DNA of 64,000 nucleotides from Christensenella sp. UBA5893 (GTDB lineage Bacteria; Bacillota; Clostridia; Christensenellales; UBA1242): NCBI GenBank assembly GCA_002431905.1, contig DJER01000007.1, positions 15,019 to 79,018 of the forward strand, read 5' to 3'. Shown piece by piece: positions 55,933 to 62,561 of this stretch (position 1 is its first letter; each line of letters starts with the position of its first letter). The notes under the pieces were generated by a model. It saw only the letters and a program-made list of their open reading frames with translations, ran no database searches and was not told where the DNA came from. The position numbers and the translations under genes were made by a program.

Positions 55933-56018
55933 GTTCTTAATGAACTACACATTATTTGTGTAAGGCTTATAACTTTTGTTTATAAGCACCAGAGCCGTAT
56001 GGATGGCTCTTTTTTTTA
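55933..56018 (+). ncRNA. Candidate ~85-nt three-hairpin sRNA (consensus promoter TTGACA-17-TATAAT at 55898-55926)
   Basis: Perfect -35/-10 hexamers with 17-nt spacing. Hairpins TACACA/TGTGTA (55946-55962) and GCTTATAA/TTATAAGC (55965-55987), then terminator AGAGCC/GGCTCT plus T7 (55991-56017). No ORF. Confidence 0.45.
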
Positions 56019-56019
56019 T

Positions 56020-56427
56020 TCACTTACGCTTTTTAAATTTGTCATATTGTTTAACATTGAATTGTTTAGTTTTTGCTTTTTTAAATATAGTATCTCGAAT
56101 AGACTCAACATCTTTATGCGAAACATCCATATTTTTATGGTTTTCTCTAAACTTTTCATTAACTCTAATTGGACGACCTTCATTATCTTCAATTTCTAAA
56201 TAGTGCTTATAATATGTTTTTTGTTTAGTTCTAGGGTTTCTATAACCTTTCAACTCAGTTCTATTTGCACCTTTCTTTGAAGATAAGGGGACAACTGCTA
56301 AATCTTCATTATTTGTGTCAACCACTACAACAGGTCTTGTTTTGTAAGACTTTGTTTTTTGTTTGCCCAAAAAGTTATCTTTGGTTGTCAAAGTTCGTCC
56401 CCAAGGTATAAACCTTTTCTTTTTCAA
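56020..56427 (-). CDS. Prophage basic protein (135 aa), distant paralog of 47321..47641
   Basis: TTG start behind AAGGAG. Contains RPVVVVDTNNEDLAVVPLSS and a K/R-rich C-terminus. Confidence 0.5.
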   Translation of the reverse strand: MKKKRFIPWGRTLTTKDNFLGKQKTKSYKTRPVVVVDTNNEDLAVVPLSSKKGANRTELKGYRNPRTKQKTYYKHYLEIEDNEGRPIRVNEKFRENHKNMDVSHKDVESIRDTIFKKAKTKQFNVKQYDKFKKRK

Positions 56428-56445
56428 ATATCAATCTCCTTTATC

Positions 56446-56568
56446 CTAGTAATATCTTTTTCTAATTCTAATTTTTCTTCTGTGAGAACGGTTTGCTTTT
56501 CTAGCACCACATCTACAACCCGAAGCAAAAGCAGTCTTTAAATCTTGCTCTGTGTATCTTCTTGCCAA
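56446..56568 (-). CDS. Very basic 40-aa peptide (MARRYTEQDLKTAFASGCRCGARKANRSHRRKIRIRKRYY)
   Basis: Own translation. TTG start behind GGGGGTG. Below the track cutoff. Confidence 0.3.
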   Translation of the reverse strand: MARRYTEQDLKTAFASGCRCGARKANRSHRRKIRIRKRYY

Positions 56569-56704
56569 ATTCACACCCCCTTTTCCTTAAATTAAATAAG
56601 GCAAAGGCTAATAATTTTATGTAATAAAAAAAGTTTTACCTTATTTGCTATAAGTGTAAAACTTTACAACACAAAAAAAGATTAAATAAATTTATAAAAA
56701 ATGG

Positions 56705-56733
56705 TTGACATTATATTAACTATTTGATATGAT
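56705..56733 (+). promoter_or_regulatory. Promoter of tRNA-Asn (TTGACA-17 nt-TATGAT)
   Basis: TTGACA at 56705-56710, TATGAT at 56728-56733, about 27 nt upstream of the mature tRNA 5' end. Confidence 0.65.
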
Positions 56734-56759
56734 TACTATGCTTTTGAAAAAGAGCGTAT

Positions 56760-56834
56760 TCCTCGTTAGCTCAGCGGTAGAGCAACCGGCTGTTAACCGG
56801 TAGGTCGTCTGTTCGAACCAGACACGGGGAGCCA
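56760..56834 (+). tRNA. tRNA-Asn (anticodon GTT), CCA encoded
   Basis: Hand-folded cloverleaf: acceptor TCCTCGT/ACGGGGA, D arm GCTC-AGCGGTA-GAGC, anticodon arm ACCGG-CTGTTAA-CCGGT, T arm GTCTG-TTCGAAC-CAGAC, then G-CCA. Confidence 0.9.
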
Positions 56835-58309
56835 AAAGAGCCGAATCCGAACTTTTGTTCAGGTTCGGTTTTTTTATTACAAAAATCTATTTTTGAACTT
56901 GAATTTTTGATGCCGTTGTAAACAATAATTGCATAATCATCGTATAAATATATTTTATTGATAAATATTTCTAGCAATCTAAATCTGTTTTCAGGTTTTG
57001 TATAATCTCGGTTTTCAAAATCGTGCAAGAATGCCTTTACAGTGCTCTTATCTAATGGCTGTATTGTTCTTGTCTTTAATTTTGTTATACGAGCCTCCAA
57101 GTTGGCTTTATCGCTTTCATATTGCATAAGTTTTTCTTTTGTGGTTACTGTTATTATTCCTTGTTCAATTGCATTCATTATATTTTGAATTTTTTTATTA
57201 ATGTCATTTAGTTGCCTTTCATAAGATATAATTTCTGGATTGTCTTTTATTTGTTTGTTAAAGCTAATAACAATATTTTCGGCAATTTTGTCTATAATTT
57301 TAGGAGAAAATACATCTTGCATTGTTTTATCTATAACTTTACTTTCAAATAAATCTTTTTGAATTATAGACTTTTTACAATCATTCTTTTTCTTTCTTTT
57401 TGAGCATTTGTAATACTTATAAATTTTACCACTATGATTTGTTCCACTATCTGCTGTAATAAGTGAACCACAGTATCCACAAATAGTTTTTCCACTTAAA
57501 TAGTAAAGTTCATCTGCCTTATATTTTGCATTTTTGCCTTTGTTCATTTTTAATTTTTCGTTTGCAAGATTAAATGTTTCTTCATCTATAATTTTTGGTG
57601 ATTTTTCTTCAGTTTCATAAGTTTTACTAAGAATCCCGATATATCTTTTGTTTTGTAAAATTCGTGAGATGTAATCTGAACAAAATGGTTTTCCACATTT
57701 GTTTTTAATGCCCATATTGTTTAGTCCTTCCACAATATCTTTAATTTTTGTATTGTTTATATAATCATTAAAGATTTTTCTAATTATGTTTGCTTCATAC
57801 TCATTTACTACAAATTTATGGTCAGATATGTTGTAGCCATAAGGTAAATAACCACCAGTCCAGCGACCTTTCAATACAGATTCTTTCATTCCACGCTTTG
57901 TTTTTTGACTTAATTCTTTTGAATAATATTCTGCCATACCTTCTAGCACAGATTCCATTAAAACACCACTAGCATCATCTGAAATATTTTCTCTTGCTGA
58001 TAAAACTCTAACTCCGTTTTTTGCAAGTTTTGCTTTATATGTGGCGCTGTCATAACGATTTCTTGCAAATCTATCTAATTGATAAACAATCACATAATTA
58101 AATGTTTTCTTTTTACTATCTTCAATCATTCGTAAAAATTCGGGTCGCTTATCAGTTGTTCCAGTTAGAGCTCTATCAATATATTCACCAACAACCATAT
58201 ATTCATTTTTTTCAGCATATTCATGACAAACTCTAAGTTGTCCTTCAATAGATTGTTCGGTTTGTTTATCACTGCTATATCTTGCATAAATTACTACTTT
58301 CGTTTTCAT
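56771..58309 (-). CDS. Large serine recombinase (integrase); last ~35 codons are antisense to the tRNA-Asn terminator and the tRNA itself
   Basis: VVIYARYSSDKQ catalytic-Ser motif, resolvase N-domain, recombinase domain, zinc ribbon CGYCGS...YYKCSKRKKKNDC, and coiled-coil. The tail ...EPEQKFGFGSFGSPCLVRTDDLPVNSRLLYR is encoded by 56771-56875. Confidence 0.85.
   Translation of the reverse strand: MKTKVVIYARYSSDKQTEQSIEGQLRVCHEYAEKNEYMVVGEYIDRALTGTTDKRPEFLRMIEDSKKKTFNYVIVYQLDRFARNRYDSATYKAKLAKNGVRVLSARENISDDASGVLMESVLEGMAEYYSKELSQKTKRGMKESVLKGRWTGGYLPYGYNISDHKFVVNEYEANIIRKIFNDYINNTKIKDIVEGLNNMGIKNKCGKPFCSDYISRILQNKRYIGILSKTYETEEKSPKIIDEETFNLANEKLKMNKGKNAKYKADELYYLSGKTICGYCGSLITADSGTNHSGKIYKYYKCSKRKKKNDCKKSIIQKDLFESKVIDKTMQDVFSPKIIDKIAENIVISFNKQIKDNPEIISYERQLNDINKKIQNIMNAIEQGIITVTTKEKLMQYESDKANLEARITKLKTRTIQPLDKSTVKAFLHDFENRDYTKPENRFRLLEIFINKIYLYDDYAIIVYNGIKNSSSKIDFCNKKTEPEQKFGFGSFGSPCLVRTDDLPVNSRLLYR
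56841..56875 (+). terminator. Intrinsic terminator of tRNA-Asn
   Basis: 12-bp stem CCGAATCCGAAC/GTTCAGGTTCGG (1 mismatch, 1 G-U pair), TTTT loop, T7 run. Confidence 0.8.
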
Positions 58310-58370
58310 ATTTATTCTCCTTTTTGCTATTTAACAAACACATATCACAAACAATTTCACAAGTCCAGTG

Positions 58371-58589
58371 TTACTTTGATAAAACATCGCTACCATAAAC
58401 ATTTTTTAATTTTATATTTTTCATATCTCCGCCAGTCTTTGCGTAATCAAACAAATCTTTTGCAAATATTTCACTTGCTTGTTTTAAAACTGCTTTGTCT
58501 AACATAAAATCACATTGTTTTTGTGTATTAGAATTTAAGTTTAAAAAAGATATGTTTTTTGTTAGATTTAAATTTTTGTTTTTATTCAT
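58371..58589 (-). CDS. Small hypothetical protein (72 aa) upstream of the recombinase
   Basis: Start set at MNKNKNL behind AAGGAAA. The longer track ORF would run through two strong hairpins (58602-58629 and 58654-58686). Confidence 0.35.
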   Translation of the reverse strand: MNKNKNLNLTKNISFLNLNSNTQKQCDFMLDKAVLKQASEIFAKDLFDYAKTGGDMKNIKLKNVYGSDVLSK

Positions 58590-59023
58590 ATAAGATTTCC
58601 TTTTCATTGCAATTAGAGGGGCAATGAAATTTCTTCTTATTAAATAATGGGGTCCCCAAAAAGTATTACTTGTAAACTTTTTGGGGAGAGGAAAAGCCAA
58701 CTTAAAAAGTGAAGAAATTTTAACTTGAAATTTCTAAACAAATATAGTTGTGCTTTGACGAACAAACTGGGTTTCCCAGTTGTGTTTTTAAAGGGTGTAA
58801 AACAAAATGATACAATCTGTTTCTTGGGGCTAAAACACTGTTTCAGTGGAAGTGCTGAATTTACGCCACTTTAAACTCTGTTATTTTCATTTTGTTACAC
58901 CTCTTTTCCTGCTTAAGAAAAATTAAGCATTTATTTTCTTCCGATTCCATTCTTCTTACTCATAAACACCTCCTCTATATAAGGGGTTTTATAAGTCACT
59001 TTTTGCATTAGATTTCTTTACAT

Positions 59024-59053
59024 AAAAAAAGAAAACCTCTGATTTTATCAGAG
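59024..59053 (-). terminator. Intrinsic terminator (minus strand)
   Basis: CTCTGA/TCAGAG stem followed, on the minus strand, by GTTTTCTTTTTTT. Confidence 0.5.
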
Positions 59054-59154
59054 ATTTAGCCATATAAATCATTTTTTAAAATTCAATTTTATTGCCATAT
59101 TTTTCAGTCACTTTTTTCTTTTATCTCAAAAAGAGAGGCAATGAGTATTTTTGA

Positions 59155-59186
59155 AAATAAAAAGATCAACCCTTTTTTAAGGTTGA
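59155..59186 (-). terminator. Intrinsic terminator just after the helicase-fusion gene
   Basis: TCAACC/GGTTGA stem followed, on the minus strand, by TCTTTTTATTTTC. Confidence 0.5.
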
Positions 59187-59198
59187 CCTTATTGTTAT

Positions 59199-62100
59199 TT
59201 ATCCAAACACTTCATCAAGTTTTTGTTCAAGTGTTCCATCTTGGGCAAAAGGTAAAGAATCAAATTGTTTTAGATTGTGTTTATCTATTTTTATATCTTT
59301 GTCAAAACCTAAAATAAATGATTTTGCAATTCTGTAAATAATTTCTGTTGGTGCTAAGCCATACACTTGCTTTGCAAAAATATGATTTAATCTGTCGGCA
59401 TCATTTGGATATATTTTTTTCATATTTGTACTTCTATAAAGCCTTTTAACAATTTCTGCAATGTAAAGTCCTGATTTCATATATAGGTCTATAAAAGTAT
59501 GATTTGGGTCATCAAAGCAACCTGGATTTTCTTTTTCAAGATTATCTACCATTTCTTTTACAACTTTCTTTGGTGTAAATATTTGATTGGTCTTTTGAGG
59601 TGGGATATAGTCAAAAATATCTTCTTTTGAGTTATCATCAAAGTAATTTGCGAGATCTTGCTTTTTCTTTAAAAATTCTTTTATTGAATCATTGAAAACC
59701 ACAGAATCAAAAAATCCATTATAATGTTTGTTTTCGCCGTTTTCATCAACATAATCAAATCCATCTCTTAACTTTCTAAAATCATCTAGTGAAATACTTG
59801 TTACTTCTTTAAACACTTCATCAGGTATTATTTTATCAAAATTTTCCAAAGTAGTATTTTCATCTCCGTATGCCATCAAGAATGAGGGGATAGTCCTTGA
59901 AAAGCCTCTTAAATGGTCACGGACATTATCCATTAAAGAATCTTTTTGTTTTTCTTTTTTATCTGTTTCAACGGCGTCAACAATTGTTATGCCTGCATTA
60001 TCAATAACATTTTTAACTTTAGATTGAATATTATCAATAAAACTCTGTTCAATTTCTTTTTTCTTTTCGTCAAATTTTGTGTTAATTTCTGCAATCTTAT
60101 GGACATTTCCAGTTTGTTTTGCATTTTCAAGTTCTTTTGATCGTTCATTTTCCAGTTTGTTGTTATTTATTTGATAATTGCCATATTGTTTTTTAACAAA
60201 GGTATCTGCCGTTGTGTTTATCTTTCTAACAAGTGCTTGTTGTGTGGATTTAGATAAATCTCCACCATAATTTTCTTTTGCAGTTTTAACTAGTGTGTCT
60301 GTAATGTTTGTGTGGAATGCATTTAAAAGTGCATTGAGTTTTTCATCTCTTTTATGTGTGTTTTCATTTTCTTTTTGAATTGTTGTAACAGTGTCTATTA
60401 AACTTTGTTCAATATCTCCATAAATCTTTTCACCAAAAACATCATTTGCAGTTCCAATAACTTGTTCTTCTGGAATTACAACATTTCCTTCATCATCTAA
60501 ATTAAGTTCTTCTTTTGTATCTTCTTTTATTCCAACAGGCTCTTTGATAGGTTCAAATTTTTGAAGAATATCCAAAACTTCCTTAGGAGCATTAAATATA
60601 TTGCCTACATTTTGGAATAAGAAATTGCTCATAAATCCACGACGAACAACTTCTTTTGCATGAATAGATCTTGGTATTGATAAGACTTTTTCAGCGTCAA
60701 GTTCAATCATTTCGCCATTTGGATCTTCTCCATATACAGGGAAGAAGTTAAGAAGTTCTCTTACATGTTGTTTTCTTGTGTCAGAGTCGCCACGACCATT
60801 TGCCGTGTCAGCCATAAGGTCATTTGCAAATTCTTCAACAATAGTAAGAGTTCTTGCTGGGTCAAAGTCAAATACATAAGAATTTTGTTTTCTGTAACTT
60901 TCACTTCCATTTTTAAATAGACATGGATTTTGTGCCCTAAATGCCGATTGCATATACAATGCTGGACTCTTTACATTTGAAAGCATCATAACAGCAGTCC
61001 ACTCTGGAATAGTAATGCCAGTTGTAAGTTGCCCTACGGAAATAGTAATTGTTTTATCGTTGTTTTTTATTGCATCAACAACTTTATCATAAGAGTTTTT
61101 GATATTCTTATCAAAACTTATTTCATCACAAGAATTTCCTTCATTGTCTATCTTGCCATCGCCAGCAGCAAGGACAATTTTATAATCTTTGAAAACTTCA
61201 TGATTTTGCAATTTTTTAGCAAGAGCCTTTGCACTGCTAACATATTTAAGTAACCACAATGTGTGCTTTAATTCTTTTCTTAATTCTTCTGTTGAAAATG
61301 GAAATTTTTCTTGTTTTGTTAAAGCATCAAGAAACTTATCAACTGCATCATTATGTATAAATTCACCGCTAGCATTTGTGTCAAAAAAGTCGTTTAAATC
61401 CCAGCAAAATGCTTCATTTTGTCCATCATTATCAAAGTCTGCACCTTGTTCCACTTTATCACGAACAATGTCAGACATTTTGTATGTAAACAAATTGAGT
61501 TGTGGCAAATTTGCGTAAGGATTTTCTTCTTCGCTTGATTCGTTCCATTCATGTTTTGCTTTTTGCTCATCAGCATAAGTCCAGTTATAAATTGCTTTTG
61601 GTGGAAATTTATCATTTGCAAGTGCTTTAAATGGCGTGCCGGATAAATGAAGGGTATATCTTCTTTTTATTTGGTCAAATGCCACATCGGTTTTGTAAGT
61701 ATCAACTCCTTCGTGTGCTTCATCAATAACCAAAACATCCCATTCAAGGTCTGCAACTTCTCTAAGTTTATCATATGTGCCACCAAAGTATATTGAACCT
61801 TTAAGGTCTTGAAGAGACACAAATTCAATGCAACCTTTGTGATTTGGTTCAGATATTAGGTCAAGATATTTTTCTCTTGATAATACATATTTTTTATCTT
61901 TAAGTCCATCAACATTGCTTACAAAATAATATCCCGATTCTGTTCCCATAAACTTAACATAATCATCATACCATGAGTTTGCAATAGCAGGTCTGTTGGT
62001 CACAATAAGTATTTTGTTAATGTCAGGAAGTGCCTTACATAAATCATAAGTTGATAATGTTTTGCCAAATCTTGGCTTTGCATTCCACAAACATTCTGCT

Positions 62101-62561
62101 TTGTGAGAGTTGTCTAAAAAGTAATCTTTTGTTTGTTTAACGGCATCTTTTTGTTCTTTTCTTAAAACATAAGGGATAACACCTAAAGTTTGCAAAACAC
62201 CTTTATCTCTTTTAAACTTGCCAAACAAAATATATGATTCATCACCAGAAATATAAAACCATTCTGGGCAACCTTCTGCATCAGGTTTTGGGTCTTTTCT
62301 TTTAATATCATTTTTAGTTAGATATGAGTGAAACTCTTTATCTGTAAATCTTGTTTTTCCATCAGAGAAAATTGCAAGATCTTGCCATTCTTTTTTTGCT
62401 ACAACATCTACTGTTTGTGTCTGCTCTTTTATTCTTACATCAACATCTCTTTCAGTGTATCCAATCTTTGTCCAGCCATTGTGATACACAACCCCCGGAG
62501 TGGTGTAAGCATAAATCATAGGAGCAACTTTTTCAGTCGTTTTAATTTTTATCTTCGCCAT
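59199..62561 (-). CDS. GIY-YIG (T5orf172-like) nuclease - SF2 helicase fusion with a C-terminal degenerate methyltransferase-N-terminal-like domain; restriction/defence subunit
   Basis: N-terminus MIYAYTT...GWTKIGYTERDVDVRIKEQ...PEWFYI. Helicase Walker A KPRFGKTLST, DEAH (VLVIDEAHEG), LSGTPF, and TTGITIPEW...QSAFRAQN. C-terminus QIFTPKKVVKEMVDNL...FIDLYMKSGLYIAEIV resembles motifs X and I with the glycines degraded. Confidence 0.7.
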   Translation of the reverse strand: MAKIKIKTTEKVAPMIYAYTTPGVVYHNGWTKIGYTERDVDVRIKEQTQTVDVVAKKEWQDLAIFSDGKTRFTDKEFHSYLTKNDIKRKDPKPDAEGCPEWFYISGDESYILFGKFKRDKGVLQTLGVIPYVLRKEQKDAVKQTKDYFLDNSHKAECLWNAKPRFGKTLSTYDLCKALPDINKILIVTNRPAIANSWYDDYVKFMGTESGYYFVSNVDGLKDKKYVLSREKYLDLISEPNHKGCIEFVSLQDLKGSIYFGGTYDKLREVADLEWDVLVIDEAHEGVDTYKTDVAFDQIKRRYTLHLSGTPFKALANDKFPPKAIYNWTYADEQKAKHEWNESSEEENPYANLPQLNLFTYKMSDIVRDKVEQGADFDNDGQNEAFCWDLNDFFDTNASGEFIHNDAVDKFLDALTKQEKFPFSTEELRKELKHTLWLLKYVSSAKALAKKLQNHEVFKDYKIVLAAGDGKIDNEGNSCDEISFDKNIKNSYDKVVDAIKNNDKTITISVGQLTTGITIPEWTAVMMLSNVKSPALYMQSAFRAQNPCLFKNGSESYRKQNSYVFDFDPARTLTIVEEFANDLMADTANGRGDSDTRKQHVRELLNFFPVYGEDPNGEMIELDAEKVLSIPRSIHAKEVVRRGFMSNFLFQNVGNIFNAPKEVLDILQKFEPIKEPVGIKEDTKEELNLDDEGNVVIPEEQVIGTANDVFGEKIYGDIEQSLIDTVTTIQKENENTHKRDEKLNALLNAFHTNITDTLVKTAKENYGGDLSKSTQQALVRKINTTADTFVKKQYGNYQINNNKLENERSKELENAKQTGNVHKIAEINTKFDEKKKEIEQSFIDNIQSKVKNVIDNAGITIVDAVETDKKEKQKDSLMDNVRDHLRGFSRTIPSFLMAYGDENTTLENFDKIIPDEVFKEVTSISLDDFRKLRDGFDYVDENGENKHYNGFFDSVVFNDSIKEFLKKKQDLANYFDDNSKEDIFDYIPPQKTNQIFTPKKVVKEMVDNLEKENPGCFDDPNHTFIDLYMKSGLYIAEIVKRLYRSTNMKKIYPNDADRLNHIFAKQVYGLAPTEIIYRIAKSFILGFDKDIKIDKHNLKQFDSLPFAQDGTLEQKLDEVFG

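Larger units (their letters stand above)
46333..56568 (-). mobile_element. Filamentous-phage (inovirus-like, Tubulavirales) prophage, ~10 kb; exact ends unresolved
   Basis: HUH Rep, Zot-like P-loop protein, tiny hydrophobic proteins followed by a terminator, membrane-anchored large proteins, and a hairpin-rich IG region, in Ff gene order. Tight or overlapping gene junctions. Confidence 0.7.

Noticed and set aside
56359-56541. 60-aa plus-strand ORF at the prophage right end
   Set aside because: It is antisense to the 135-aa gene start and the basic 40-aa ORF, and it has no RBS.
58590-58700. N-terminal part of the 109-aa ORF 58371..58700
   Set aside because: It would be translated through two very stable hairpins and lacks an RBS. 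The internal ATG at 58589 has AAGGAAA upstream.
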